From an uncultured Gemmatimonadales bacterium (lineage in GTDB: Bacteria > Gemmatimonadota > Gemmatimonadetes > Gemmatimonadales > GWC2-71-9), in NCBI GenBank assembly GCA_963740175.1, contig CAVUDL010000004.1, forward strand, positions 1,600 to 65,599: a stretch of DNA of 64,000 nt, in the 5' to 3' direction. Shown piece by piece: positions 9,624 through 19,378 of the stretch. The translations under genes and the position numbers were made by a program. Within the stretch, counting starts at the first letter, position 1, and each line of letters opens with the position of its first letter. The notes beneath the pieces are model-generated. The model was not told the DNA's origin. It made no database searches and saw only the letters and a list, made by a program, of their open reading frames with translations.

Positions 9624-10234
9624 GCAGTATCGCGGTGGTGCACCTGGACGAGAGCTGCCTGGGCAACGGACGCGAAGGGGAGAATCAGGGAGGATACGGG
9701 GGTCTGATCGAAGCCCGGACCCGCTCAGGCATCCAGCGCCGGGACTTCTACGGACACGCCGGCGGAACCACGAACAATCGGATGGCCCTGGTTGGTGCCA
9801 CGGCGGCGCTGGAGCTTCTCGGCGCGAAGGGTGCCCGGCTGCGAGTCCTGATGGTCTCGGACTCGGAGTATCTGGTCAAAGGCATGCGGCTCTGGGCTCC
9901 CGGCTGGGAGGCCAGAGGCTGGAAACGCACCGCAGGCCCGATCGAGAACCTCCCGCTGTGGCAATCACTGGTGCGAGCGGGACGACGACATGACGTACAG
10001 TGGACCTGGGTCCGGGGACACGCCGGACATCCGAAGAACGAGTACGCCGACAACCTGGCCCTGTCAGCAGCGCGGGAACAGGAATCCTCCTCCGGCGCGG
10101 TGGAGTCGGGCTTCGACCACTGGCTGGCGGCGAAGCAGGGGAAAGGAAAGTTTCCCGGCTACGACCCCGACGCCGATTTCGAGACGCTCCAGGCTCGTTT
10201 GGCCGCGGGCGAGGAGTTCCCACTGGCGGGGTAG
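9620..10234 (+). CDS. rnhA: ribonuclease HI with ~50-aa C-terminal extension
   Basis: GTG at 9620 in the frame of ORF 9059..10234. Motifs: VHLDESCLGNG, TNNRMAL, SDSEYLVKG, WTWVRGHAGHPKNEYADNLA. Confidence 0.85.
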   Translation: MSSIAVVHLDESCLGNGREGENQGGYGGLIEARTRSGIQRRDFYGHAGGTTNNRMALVGATAALELLGAKGARLRVLMVSDSEYLVKGMRLWAPGWEARGWKRTAGPIENLPLWQSLVRAGRRHDVQWTWVRGHAGHPKNEYADNLALSAAREQESSSGAVESGFDHWLAAKQGKGKFPGYDPDADFETLQARLAAGEEFPLAG

Positions 10235-10264
10235 GATAGGATTATTCTCACTTCTCACCCGAGG

Positions 10265-10927
10265 GTGATCCGGCTGACCGACCTGAAGCGCTTCTTTCAC
10301 CAGCTGGTGCGAAACCTGGCCGCGACCGACCCGGCCCGGCTGCGACGCCCGCTACCCCTCACCGACATACGCGACACCATCCTGCCCTACCGCGCCAACC
10401 GCCGGGCGCTTCAACTGGAGAGCAGTGAGGATTACGAGCTGGTCCTCATGCAGCTCTGCGCCGGCGAGGGAGGGTTCGCCACGACCCAGCCACCCGACGT
10501 CAGGGCGCTGTTCGCCGCAGAGCTTCGGAGCGCCAATCCCGACTTGGCCATCCTGCATCTTCACGAGAACGCGGTGATCACGCTGGAGCCAAAGCGCCTG
10601 GCGGATGCTCTGGATTCAAAGCCGGAGCTCGCGTTCGCGCCGCCGGGCCATCTGCCGGATCTACTGGTAGACGAGTCACCGGTCTCCACGCTGGCCGACC
10701 TGCAGCCCCGGGATCCCTTGGAGAGCGGCCCTGCTTCGAAACCCCACCCTGACACTTCCGCAATCCACTGTAGCACCTGCGGTGAGGTGCTGCCCGGACA
10801 TCGCATGGTAAACTTCTGTCCCCAGTGCGGCAGCAGTCAGATTCGGACCGGTTGCCCCGCTTGCGGCAGCGAGGTGGAGACCGGGTGGCGTCACTGCGTA
10901 ACGTGCGGAGCCGCCGTGAGCGGCTGA
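10265..10927 (+). CDS. hypothetical protein with C-terminal double zinc-ribbon
   Basis: 220 aa. The C-terminus, CSTCGEVLPGHRMVNFCPQCGSSQIRTGCPACGSEVETGWRHCVTCG, contains four CxxC pairs. Confidence 0.6.
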   Translation: MIRLTDLKRFFHQLVRNLAATDPARLRRPLPLTDIRDTILPYRANRRALQLESSEDYELVLMQLCAGEGGFATTQPPDVRALFAAELRSANPDLAILHLHENAVITLEPKRLADALDSKPELAFAPPGHLPDLLVDESPVSTLADLQPRDPLESGPASKPHPDTSAIHCSTCGEVLPGHRMVNFCPQCGSSQIRTGCPACGSEVETGWRHCVTCGAAVSG

Positions 10928-10995
10928 CGACCAGCCACCCGGAGCCGGGCCCTCGCTTGAAGTGCCTCTGAGCCCCGACCATATTTCACCGTTCA

Positions 10996-12231
10996 ATGTC
11001 CTCCTCCAGTGGTACCAGGCGGAATCCCTCCTCAGCTCGACCTGGCGTCGTCTTCCTGTCCGGCGTGCGCACCGGCTTCGGCACCTTCGGTGGCACGCTC
11101 AAGGATCTCTCGGCCACGGACTTGGGCGTGGTTGCGGCGAAGGCGGCGGTGCAGCGCGGGGGCGTGGACCCCGGTTCTATCGGCCACGTGGTCTTCGGAA
11201 ACGTGCTCCAGACCTCGCCGGACGCGATCTATCTCGCCCGGCACATCGGTATCCGTGCCGGCTTGCCGATCGAAACGCCTGCCGTGACGGTCAACCGCCT
11301 GTGCGGCTCGGGCTTCGAGGCCGTCGCGCAGGCTGCGCAGCAGATCGTGCTGGGCGAGGCCGACGCCGTGCTGGCGGGCGGCACCGAATCGATGAGTCAG
11401 GCGCCCCACGTCGTGCGGGGGGCTCGCTGGGGGCTTCGGCTCGGCCCCGCGGCTGCATTGGAAGACACCCTATGGGAAGCGTTGCGGGATCCGAGCTGCG
11501 GCCTCTCGATGGCGGAGACGGCCGAAAATCTGGCGACCAAGTACCAGATCAGCCGCTCAGCGGTTGACTGCTATGCCGCCCGCAGCCAGGCTGCCGCCGC
11601 AGCTGCCTGGGAGTCGAAGTCCTTCACTGATGAAGTTGTTCCGCTGCCCATTCAGAACCGCAAGACGAAGCAGAATGAAGACTGGGCCGCGGACGAGCAC
11701 ATGCGTCCCGGAACCACGCTCGAGGCCCTCGCCAAGCTGCCACCGTACTTCAAGAAGGACGGCGTAGTGACCGCCGGCAACGCCTCCGGAATTTCCGATG
11801 GCGCCGCTGCGCTGGTGATGGCGAGCGAGAGCTTTGCGGCCGAGCGCGGTCTCAAGCCGATCGGACGGCTCCTCTCCTGGGCCAGCGTAGGGGTAGAACC
11901 CGCCTACATGGGCATCGGACCGGCACCGGCGGCGCGGAAGGCGCTTGCCCGGGCCGGGCTCACGCTCGATGAGATGGACCTGGTTGAAGTGAATGAGGCC
12001 TTTGCCGCCCAGTACCTGGCTGTGGAACAGGAGCTCGGGCTTGATCGGGAGCGAACCAACGTTGAGGGCGGCGCCATCGCCCTGGGCCATCCACTCGGCG
12101 CGAGCGGGGCCCGCATCACCCTCCACCTCCTGCACGCGCTCCGGCGCCGTGGCGGACGCTATGGGCTGGGCAGTGCGTGTATCGGCGGCGGGCAGGGCGC
12201 GGCGGTTGTGGTAGAAGCCTTCTCCGGCTGA
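10996..12231 (+). CDS. acetyl-CoA C-acetyltransferase (thiolase II)
   Basis: 411 aa. Active-site Cys region VNRLCGSGFEAV, NEAFAAQ, and the C-terminal thiolase signature GLGSACIGGGQGAAVVVE. Confidence 0.95.
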   Translation: MSSSSGTRRNPSSARPGVVFLSGVRTGFGTFGGTLKDLSATDLGVVAAKAAVQRGGVDPGSIGHVVFGNVLQTSPDAIYLARHIGIRAGLPIETPAVTVNRLCGSGFEAVAQAAQQIVLGEADAVLAGGTESMSQAPHVVRGARWGLRLGPAAALEDTLWEALRDPSCGLSMAETAENLATKYQISRSAVDCYAARSQAAAAAAWESKSFTDEVVPLPIQNRKTKQNEDWAADEHMRPGTTLEALAKLPPYFKKDGVVTAGNASGISDGAAALVMASESFAAERGLKPIGRLLSWASVGVEPAYMGIGPAPAARKALARAGLTLDEMDLVEVNEAFAAQYLAVEQELGLDRERTNVEGGAIALGHPLGASGARITLHLLHALRRRGGRYGLGSACIGGGQGAAVVVEAFSG

Positions 12232-12237
12232 GGGCAT

Positions 12238-13098
12238 ATGGACATCCTGATTCCCGCCGTCGTCGTCGCGGTCTATTCCTTCCTCAGCCTTCGGGTGCTG
12301 CGCCAGTACGAGCGGGGCGTGACGTTCTTCCTGGGAAAGTTTTGGGGGACCAAGGGCCCGGGAGTGATTTTTCTGCCGGCGGGATTCGCGAGCCAGAAAC
12401 GCGTCTCGCTGCGGATCGTCGCCATGGACATACCGCCCCAGGACGTGATTACCCGCGACAACGTCTCGGTCAAGGTGAACGCGGTGCTGTACATGAGGGT
12501 TACCGACCCGGAGAGGGCGGTGATCGTCATCGAAGACTATCTCTACGCCACCAGCCAGCTGGCCCAGACCACCCTCCGTTCGGTGCTGGGAGAGGTCGAG
12601 CTCGATGAGCTGCTGTCGGACCGCGAGAAGATCAATGCGGTGCTGAAGAAGATCATCGACGAGCGGACCGATGCCTGGGGCATCGAGGTGTCCGCGGTCG
12701 AGGTGAAGGACGTCGACCTTCCCGACCAGATGAAGCGGGCCATGGCTCGCCAGGCCGAAGCCGAGCGGGAGCGGCGCGCCAAGGTGATCGCGGCGCAAGG
12801 CGAGCTGCAGGCGTCCGAGACGTTGACCCAGGCCGCCAAGAACCTGGCCGCCGAGCCAACCGCCCTTCAGCTCCGCTATCTCCAGACGGTCACGGAGATC
12901 GCGGCGGAGAATAATTCCACCACCATCTTCCCGATTCCGATCGACCTGTTCCGGCCCTTCCTCACCGCCGGGGCTGGCGCCACGCCGCGCCCCGAAAGCT
13001 CGGCCGAGGCACCCGGCACCGCCCTGCCCGCGTCCGACATCTCCTCCCTGATGTCCCAGCTCCGCCTACAGGCCGCTCGGACCCCCAAGCAGGAGTAG
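12238..13098 (+). CDS. SPFH/Band 7 (stomatin/slipin-like) membrane protein
   Basis: 286 aa with an N-terminal TM segment. SPFH core [18 protein letters not shown]...[14 protein letters not shown] and coiled-coil [23 protein letters not shown]. Confidence 0.9.
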   Translation: MDILIPAVVVAVYSFLSLRVLRQYERGVTFFLGKFWGTKGPGVIFLPAGFASQKRVSLRIVAMDIPPQDVITRDNVSVKVNAVLYMRVTDPERAVIVIEDYLYATSQLAQTTLRSVLGEVELDELLSDREKINAVLKKIIDERTDAWGIEVSAVEVKDVDLPDQMKRAMARQAEAERERRAKVIAAQGELQASETLTQAAKNLAAEPTALQLRYLQTVTEIAAENNSTTIFPIPIDLFRPFLTAGAGATPRPESSAEAPGTALPASDISSLMSQLRLQAARTPKQE

Positions 13099-13099
13099 C

Positions 13100-13933
13100 A
13101 TGGCCGAGGGTTCAGTCGCTCGCATTGACCGCGCTGCGCTGGAGCGAATCATCCAGCGCGCCGCAGAGCTGCAGACCGCCGAACGAGACATGGGCGACAG
13201 TCTCACGTCCGACGAGCTGATCGCGCTGGGCCGGGAGGTCGGCATACCGGGCCGCTACCTCCAGCAGGCATTGCTGGAGGAGAGGACCCGCCTGGTCAAC
13301 GTGGGTGCCGCCGGCCTCTTCGAGCGGGTCACAGGGCCCGGACAGATCAGCGCTCAGCGTGTGGTGCGAGGCGACCCCGATTCGGTCGAGGCCGCGCTGC
13401 TGCAGTGGATGGAGCGGAATGAGCTGCTCTGCGTCCAGCGGCAACAGACCGGCCGGATTACATGGGAGCCGCTCGGTGGAATCCAGGCAGCCTTCCGGCG
13501 ATCCACCGCGGCGATCGGAGGCGGCAAGCGTCCGTTCATGCTCTCGCGCGCGGCGACAGTCTCCGCGACGGTCGTGGCCCTGGAGCCCGGATACGCGCAC
13601 GTCTCCCTGATGGCGGACACCCGCAAAGCGCGGGGCGAGTATGTGGGGGTGGGAGCCGCCCTGGCCGGGGCCGGCATCGCGGGGACGGCCGCGATGGTTG
13701 CCCTGGGTGCTCTCCTGCCGGTCGCGCTGCTCCCGCTCCCGGTGGCTCTCGGCATGGGGTACGGCGTGTTACGGCGTTACGGCCCGGCGCTCGCGAGAGT
13801 CCAGCTGGGCCTGGAACGGGCGCTCGACTTTCTGGAACAGGGCGCCGCCACCCCACGGCACCAGCTCCCCGACCGGAACTCAGGCATGCTCGGCTTGCTG
13901 GCGGATGAACTGAGAAAGGCGCTGAAACAGTGA
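13100..13933 (+). CDS. hypothetical membrane protein
   Basis: 277 aa. The start lies 1 nt after the SPFH stop, and the stop overlaps the next GTG start. The hydrophobic C-terminal half reads GVGAALAGAGIAGTAAMVALGALLPVALLPLPVALG. Confidence 0.55.
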   Translation: MAEGSVARIDRAALERIIQRAAELQTAERDMGDSLTSDELIALGREVGIPGRYLQQALLEERTRLVNVGAAGLFERVTGPGQISAQRVVRGDPDSVEAALLQWMERNELLCVQRQQTGRITWEPLGGIQAAFRRSTAAIGGGKRPFMLSRAATVSATVVALEPGYAHVSLMADTRKARGEYVGVGAALAGAGIAGTAAMVALGALLPVALLPLPVALGMGYGVLRRYGPALARVQLGLERALDFLEQGAATPRHQLPDRNSGMLGLLADELRKALKQ

Positions 13934-14823
13934 AAGTGGGGGTCCTCGGCTGCGGGCTCATGGGCAGCGGCATAGCGCAGGCGGCTGCCATCGCGGGCTT
14001 CGACACAGTGGTACGCGATGTTTCTCAGCCACTGCTCGAGCGAGGCCGCGCCGGAATCCTGAAGTCTCTGGGGCGCATGGTGGAACGAGGCAAGTTGACG
14101 GGCGAAGCTCGCGATGCCGCCCTCTCCAAGCTTCGCTTTGTCACCGAGCTCCAGCAGCTGCGCGATCGCGACATCATTGTGGAGGCCGTTACCGAAGACC
14201 TGGACCTGAAAAATGGCCTCTGGCGCGAGCTGGACTCGACTTGCCCGGCGGGGACGATATTCGCGTCCAACACCTCCAGCCTGACCATCGCGTCGATGGC
14301 AGGAGCCACTACCCGGCCGGACCGATTCGTGGGGCTGCATTTCTTCAACCCGGTTCCCATGATGCCGCTGGTCGAGGTGATCCGGAGTTCCGCGACGAGC
14401 CGGGAGACGTTCGACCGGGCATACGGTTTTGCCCGGGCCCTGGGGAAGGAGCCGGTCGCGGCAACCGACAGCCCCGGCTTCATCGTCAACTTGCTCCTGG
14501 TCCCCTTCCTGCTCGACGCGGCCCGGGCACTCGAGCGCGGCACCGCCTCCATCGCTGACATCGATCGGGCGATGCAACTGGGCTGTGGCCACCCCATGGG
14601 CCCGCTTTCACTGATGGACTTCATCGGGCTCGACACCGTAGTGCGAATCGCCGACATCATGATGGATGCGTATGGCGAGGACCGCTACCAGGCCCCGGAT
14701 CTGCTCCGGCGCATGGTCATCGAGGGGAGCCACGGCCGGAAAAGCGGGAAGGGGTTTTATGATTACTCGGTTGATCCGCCAGTTCCGATGGCATTGCAGG
14801 AAGGCGTGAACAGTAAACGGTGA
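13930..14823 (+). CDS. hbd: 3-hydroxybutyryl-CoA / 3-hydroxyacyl-CoA dehydrogenase
   Basis: 297 aa. Rossmann start KVGVLGCGLMGSGIAQ, then FASNTSSL, GLHFFNPVPMMPLVE, PGFIVNLLL, GRKSGKGFYDY. Confidence 0.9.
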   Translation: MKVGVLGCGLMGSGIAQAAAIAGFDTVVRDVSQPLLERGRAGILKSLGRMVERGKLTGEARDAALSKLRFVTELQQLRDRDIIVEAVTEDLDLKNGLWRELDSTCPAGTIFASNTSSLTIASMAGATTRPDRFVGLHFFNPVPMMPLVEVIRSSATSRETFDRAYGFARALGKEPVAATDSPGFIVNLLLVPFLLDAARALERGTASIADIDRAMQLGCGHPMGPLSLMDFIGLDTVVRIADIMMDAYGEDRYQAPDLLRRMVIEGSHGRKSGKGFYDYSVDPPVPMALQEGVNSKR

Positions 14824-14882
14824 ACGGTAAACAGGCCCCACCCTCCCCGTTCACTGTTCACTGTTCACCGTTCACGCTTTTT
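14804..14882 (+). terminator. hairpin plus T-run downstream of hbd; arms built from GTGAACN heptamers
   Basis: The left arm gcgtgaacagtaaacggtgaacggtaaacagg includes the hbd stop. The right arm is ccgttcactgttcactgttcaccgttcacgc, followed by ttttt. Confidence 0.55.
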
Positions 14883-14893
14883 GGGAGATTGAC

Positions 14894-15505
14894 ATGCTCG
14901 GCTACGACTGGCCTCGCCTTCACGCAGCCCTAAACGACCTGCCCATTGCTCTGCTTCTCGGGGCCGTTCTGTTCGACGTCCTGGCGCTGGCCACTCGACG
15001 TGAGTCTTTCCGACTGGTCAGCTTTTGGACCCTAGTACTGGGCGCGGTCGGTGGCGTGGCAGCGGTGATTTCGGGCCTCCAGGCGGAGGAGCATATCTCC
15101 CATGGAGACGCGGTGCACCGGGTCATGGAGACACACGAGACGCTGGGGCTCGTGACGCTGGGGATATTCGGACTCCTGGCGCTGTGGCGGATCGTGCGAG
15201 AGCGACGCATGGGCAACGGGGAGCGAGCCGCTGGAGTGCTCCTGGCGCTCGCCGGCGCCGGGGTGCTGTTCACCACGGGGCTGTACGGGGGCAGGCTGGT
15301 GTTCGAACATGCCGCGGGGGTTCCCACCACCGTGCTGGAAGCGGAGCTCAAGGAGCGAGGCAGGGACCATCATCATGCAGCGGGCGTAGACGATCAAGCT
15401 CCCGCGGCAGACTCCTCGATGGTGCCCGGCGCGCCTGCCCATGTGGATTCCCCCGGAACACCACCCCACTCGCACTCCCCCGGCACCCCGGCCCACGGGC
15501 ACTGA
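14894..15505 (+). CDS. DUF2231-like membrane protein with His-rich C-terminal tail
   Basis: 203 aa with four hydrophobic segments. The tail is DHHHAAG...HVDSPGTPPHSHSPGTPAHGH. Confidence 0.7.
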   Translation: MLGYDWPRLHAALNDLPIALLLGAVLFDVLALATRRESFRLVSFWTLVLGAVGGVAAVISGLQAEEHISHGDAVHRVMETHETLGLVTLGIFGLLALWRIVRERRMGNGERAAGVLLALAGAGVLFTTGLYGGRLVFEHAAGVPTTVLEAELKERGRDHHHAAGVDDQAPAADSSMVPGAPAHVDSPGTPPHSHSPGTPAHGH

Positions 15506-15507
15506 TC

Positions 15508-16017
15508 GTGGGTAACCGGTCGCGCGCGCTCCTTCTCTTCGTAGCGGCTGGCTGCCAGCCCAATACGACGCGTCCTTCCTTTACCCCGTTGCCCGAGGCG
15601 CCGGGCAGCGAGATCCGGCTTTCGGTTCCGGAGGCAACCCGCCGCCTTGCCGAGGCTCTGAAAGCGGATTCAATACCGGCCCAAACGGTCAGGGTCAAGG
15701 ATGGATATTTGGAGACCCAGTGGTTCAATGCCCGGACGGGACACCGGGCAAGTCAGCGAAGATCGATGGGACCGGGAGTGGTGCGGGTGCGAGCCTGGGT
15801 GGATCCGGCTCGTCCCGGCAGCAGTCAGCTGACCGTGGAGACCCTGTATCGTCCGGTGGCGGATCCCTCGCTACCGCCGCGCGAGCTGGAGCGCCAGGTC
15901 TCGGCGGATCACCGCGTGGCCCGAAAGGTCCAGGCTGTGCTGGTTCGTCTGGGTGAGCGATACGGAACTCCGCCACCGCCGGCAGCGGCACCGGCGGAGC
16001 CGGAACAATCCTATTAG
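15508..16017 (+). CDS. hypothetical lipoprotein
   Basis: GTG at 15508 in the frame of ORF 15025..16017, 2 nt after the upstream stop. Lipobox LLLFVAAGC. Confidence 0.6.
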   Translation: MGNRSRALLLFVAAGCQPNTTRPSFTPLPEAPGSEIRLSVPEATRRLAEALKADSIPAQTVRVKDGYLETQWFNARTGHRASQRRSMGPGVVRVRAWVDPARPGSSQLTVETLYRPVADPSLPPRELERQVSADHRVARKVQAVLVRLGERYGTPPPPAAAPAEPEQSY

Positions 16018-16051
16018 CGGAGGCAGCGGGCAGGCACTCTCACTTTCTCAC

Positions 16052-16846
16052 TTACACCACGTAGGCCCGGACCCACTCTTCCAGCTGCCCCAGGTTGATC
16101 GCTGCGTCCTTGCAGGGACCCGAGGGCAACGTCATCGTGAGGCCCAGCACCGGGATCTTTCCCGCCACATCGTGTAATCCGCTGACCATGTCGCGCTCGC
16201 AGGCCACCGCTACCACCGCCCGGGGCCGGCGCTCCCGGATCACCCGGCGGGCCAGCTGCCCTCTCGTGGCGACGAAGACCGGCACTCCGTACTGCCCGGC
16301 TATCCCAAGCACGCCATCGAGGGTCGCCTTCGAAAGGCAGCGGGGGATGAGAACCAGCAGCTCGCCCTGGCCTACCTTACGACCCCGCCTCAGCGCCAGG
16401 CCGTTGTAGACCTTCACCGCCGCATTTTCTACCCAGTCCCGCCGGCCGAAGCGCCCGGCGACCCGAGAGGTCAGCCGCATCAAGCGAAGGAAGGGTCCGC
16501 GCTCCGCCAGACGCTCCGGTAGTAGCGGACGCCCGAGCTCGTAGGAGAGAAAGAGCACGCCCCACCATGCCCACAGCACAGAGCCGATGACCAGCAGACC
16601 GCTCCATAGGGTGGTGGGGATGGCTGAATGGACATCGGCCAGACGCGGGGCCAACAGAAAGAGCAGAAGACTCACCCCACCCAGGGCCACCCCGAGTGTG
16701 AGTGCCGACCAGGCGAAGAAGAGTGCTGGAGAGGAGTCGTAGTTGCCTTCGTTGGGCAGCGGCCTGCCGTCCCACTCGTCCCACTCGTGTCCCAGGCGGC
16801 GATCTACATCTATATGTATGAGTTGTGCCCGGGGACCGTCAGCCAT
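16052..16846 (-). CDS. DUF116-family membrane protein
   Basis: 264 aa with an N-terminal TM region. The C-terminal LIPRCLSKA...AVACERDMVSG...LPSGPCKD pattern is what I recall for DUF116. Confidence 0.7.
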   Translation of the reverse strand: MADGPRAQLIHIDVDRRLGHEWDEWDGRPLPNEGNYDSSPALFFAWSALTLGVALGGVSLLLFLLAPRLADVHSAIPTTLWSGLLVIGSVLWAWWGVLFLSYELGRPLLPERLAERGPFLRLMRLTSRVAGRFGRRDWVENAAVKVYNGLALRRGRKVGQGELLVLIPRCLSKATLDGVLGIAGQYGVPVFVATRGQLARRVIRERRPRAVVAVACERDMVSGLHDVAGKIPVLGLTMTLPSGPCKDAAINLGQLEEWVRAYVV

Positions 16847-16874
16847 AGATGGAGAACATAATTAGCTTTGGCCG

Positions 16875-18515
16875 ATGCTGCCTCATCCGGCGCTCCGAGG
16901 TGCTTTCCGCACCGACCCCAGGGCGCGCGCCGCGTATTCCGAGGGTGCCGGGATTTACCGCATCATTCCCGCGGCCGTGGCCCGGCCCGAGGACGTCGAG
17001 GACCTGAAGGGGCTGGTCGCCTGGGCCGCAGAGCGGCGGATCGGCCTGGTTCCCCGAGGGGCAGGCAGCGCCATGGCCGGGGGAAATGTGGGCGACGGGG
17101 TCGTCGTCGATCTCACCCGTCTGAGCCATCCTTTCCAAATAGATTCTGCCAGTCGCCGGGCCACTACGGGAGCCGCGGTGACCCTGGCGCAGCTGAACAC
17201 CGCGGCTGCGGGGCATGGACTGAGGCTGCCGCCTGACCCTTCGAGCGGCCGGTGGGCCACGCTCGGAGGGATGGTTTCTACCAACGCCGCGGGCGCCAGA
17301 TCGGTCCGCTACGGCAGCGTACGGCGATGGGTCCAGGCGCTTCGACTTGTCTGCGCCGATGGCGAGGAGCTGGTGCTCCGCAGGGGACAGCCTGCGCCTG
17401 ACTCAGACGGCGCGGCCCTTTCCCGTTTGAACCGGGACGTCGCCCCACGGATCCGGGCTGCCGCTACCCTCATCGCCAGCCGTTATCCGAAGACCCGCAA
17501 GAATTCCTCGGGCTACGCCCTCGACGCTTATCTCGCTTCGGGTGACGTCCTCGATCTGGTGATTGGGGCCGAGGGGACGCTCGGTATCGTCACCGAGATC
17601 GAATGGCGGTTGGAGCCCATTCCGCCGTTTCGTGCGGGGCTCCGGGTGCATCTGGCATCGCTGGACCGCCTCAGCGACGTGGTCAGTGCGTTGAATCCAT
17701 GGGAGCCTTCCGCCCTCGAGCTGCTGGACCGGACATTCCTCGACCTGATTGGCGCGGGGACGTCGCGAGGATTCAGCGAGGGCTTCGTTCCCGAAGCCAT
17801 CCTGCTGGTCGAGCTGGAGCGGAGTGATCCTGAAGAGCTGCGGCAGGTCCTAGCCGGGGTGTCGGCAGCGATTGAGCGCTGGACCGTCTCGATCGAAACG
17901 GCCTACTCGCCGCCAGAAGCGGAGCGGCTGTGGGCCATTCGGCATGCCGCGAGTCCCATACTCGCCGCGCTCCCCGAGGATCGCCGCTCGCTTCAGGTCA
18001 TCGAGGATGCCTGTGTCCCCCTGTCACACATGGGTGAGTACATCAGAGCCGTGCGCCGGATGGCGGCGGAGCGGGAGCTGCCGGTGGTGATGTTCGGCCA
18101 CGCAGGTGACGGCCATATTCACGTGAATCTCCTCCCCGAGCTCGCGGCTGCCGATTGGCAGCAGGAGATAGCCGGCTTGCTCGAGGATGTTACGTCGGTT
18201 GTCATCGATCTGGGCGGCACTCCCTCGGGTGAGCATGGCGACGGCCGGCTGCGGGCGGGAACTCTTCCCAAACTGTACGGACCCGAGATCATGAAGCTGT
18301 TCGCTGAGGTTAAGCGGGCATTTGACCCCCTCGGAATATTCAATCCGGGAATTATCCTTCCCTCCGGCGAGCCGCCGATCAGCCGGCTGAAGGTCGGTGA
18401 GCGCGCCGCGAAGATTCCGGAGGACGTCCAGCAGGGGCTCCGCCAGATCGAGCAGACGGGCGGGTATGCGCGCGATCGGATGGAATTGGCGGGTGATCTG
18501 GGAGCTGAGGGCTAG
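16875..18515 (+). CDS. FAD-linked oxidase (GlcD / D-lactate dehydrogenase-like)
   Basis: 546 aa. FAD_binding_4-like region VPRGAGSAMAGGNVG and C-terminal GGTPSGEHGDGRLR. Confidence 0.9.
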   Translation: MLPHPALRGAFRTDPRARAAYSEGAGIYRIIPAAVARPEDVEDLKGLVAWAAERRIGLVPRGAGSAMAGGNVGDGVVVDLTRLSHPFQIDSASRRATTGAAVTLAQLNTAAAGHGLRLPPDPSSGRWATLGGMVSTNAAGARSVRYGSVRRWVQALRLVCADGEELVLRRGQPAPDSDGAALSRLNRDVAPRIRAAATLIASRYPKTRKNSSGYALDAYLASGDVLDLVIGAEGTLGIVTEIEWRLEPIPPFRAGLRVHLASLDRLSDVVSALNPWEPSALELLDRTFLDLIGAGTSRGFSEGFVPEAILLVELERSDPEELRQVLAGVSAAIERWTVSIETAYSPPEAERLWAIRHAASPILAALPEDRRSLQVIEDACVPLSHMGEYIRAVRRMAAERELPVVMFGHAGDGHIHVNLLPELAAADWQQEIAGLLEDVTSVVIDLGGTPSGEHGDGRLRAGTLPKLYGPEIMKLFAEVKRAFDPLGIFNPGIILPSGEPPISRLKVGERAAKIPEDVQQGLRQIEQTGGYARDRMELAGDLGAEG

Positions 18516-18625
18516 GAGCTGGGGGTGGGACTTAGTCCGCTATGTCGCTTTGTTTTGAATGGGAGTACAATTGCGCTCGTTTCGGCTTCTAACTCTTGAC
18601 TCCTAGCTCCCAGCTCCCAGCTCCC
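18501..18625. repeat. imperfect inverted repeat built from GGAGCT / AGCTCC hexamers
   Basis: The left arm ggagctgagggctaggagctggggg contains the upstream stop TAG. The right arm tcctagctcccagctcccagctccc abuts the thyX ATG. Confidence 0.5.
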
Positions 18626-19378
18626 ATGGAAATCCTTCGCTCTCCCCGCGTCACCCTCATCGCCCGGCCGGAGTTTCTCGAGCCGGCCCATCTGCCGGTC
18701 CAGTGGAAGGGCGACTCCAGCGATGGAGAGAAGATCGCCGAGTTTGCCGGGCGGCTGTGCTATATGAGCCAGCACAACCCGGCAGGACGCACCACCGCCG
18801 AATACCTCCGCAACATCCTGAAGCAGGGGCACGGGTCGGTGTTCGAGCATTCCTCCTACGTCATGCTGATCGAGGGTATCTCCCGCTCCTGCAGCCACGA
18901 GCTGGTGCGTCACCGGGCCGGTTGGGGCTACTCCCAGCTCTCCCAGCGGTACGTCGACGAGTCTCACGCCGCCTTCGTCATGCCTCCCGCCATCATGGGC
19001 GCCGCCGAGCTGGAGGCGGAGTGGACCAACCAGGTGAAGGCGGCGCAGGCGGCTTATGTGGCCTCGGTCGAGCGGCTGATGACGCGCTACGAGTGGGTCG
19101 AGGACAAGGTCCACCGCCGGAAAATGGCTCGCGAGGCGGCCCGCAGCGTCCTACCCAACGCCACCGAGGTCAAGATCGTGGTGAGCGCAAACGTTCGGGC
19201 CTGGCGCACCATGCTGGAGCTGCGACTGGGTGAGGGGGCCGAGCTGGAGATCCGCCGCATGGCCGTCGCCTGTCTCCGGGTGCTACAGCAGGAGGCGCCC
19301 GCGCTCTTCGACGACTTCGAGATCTATGCAACGACAGAGGGGAGTGAGGCGGGGCGGGTGGGGTTTCATAAGGTCTAG
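18626..19378 (+). CDS. thyX: FAD-dependent thymidylate synthase ThyX
   Basis: ThyX motif RHRxxxxxQxSxRY is present as VRHRAGWGYSQLSQRYV. I chose ATG 18626 (MEILRSPRV) because the longer start lies inside the repeat. Confidence 0.9.
   Translation: MEILRSPRVTLIARPEFLEPAHLPVQWKGDSSDGEKIAEFAGRLCYMSQHNPAGRTTAEYLRNILKQGHGSVFEHSSYVMLIEGISRSCSHELVRHRAGWGYSQLSQRYVDESHAAFVMPPAIMGAAELEAEWTNQVKAAQAAYVASVERLMTRYEWVEDKVHRRKMAREAARSVLPNATEVKIVVSANVRAWRTMLELRLGEGAELEIRRMAVACLRVLQQEAPALFDDFEIYATTEGSEAGRVGFHKV

Noticed and set aside
12238-13933. SPFH protein plus downstream membrane protein as an NfeD-SPFH pair
   Set aside because: The downstream protein shows no NfeD-like ClpP or OB-fold features that I can recognise. 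It is left as a hypothetical membrane partner.
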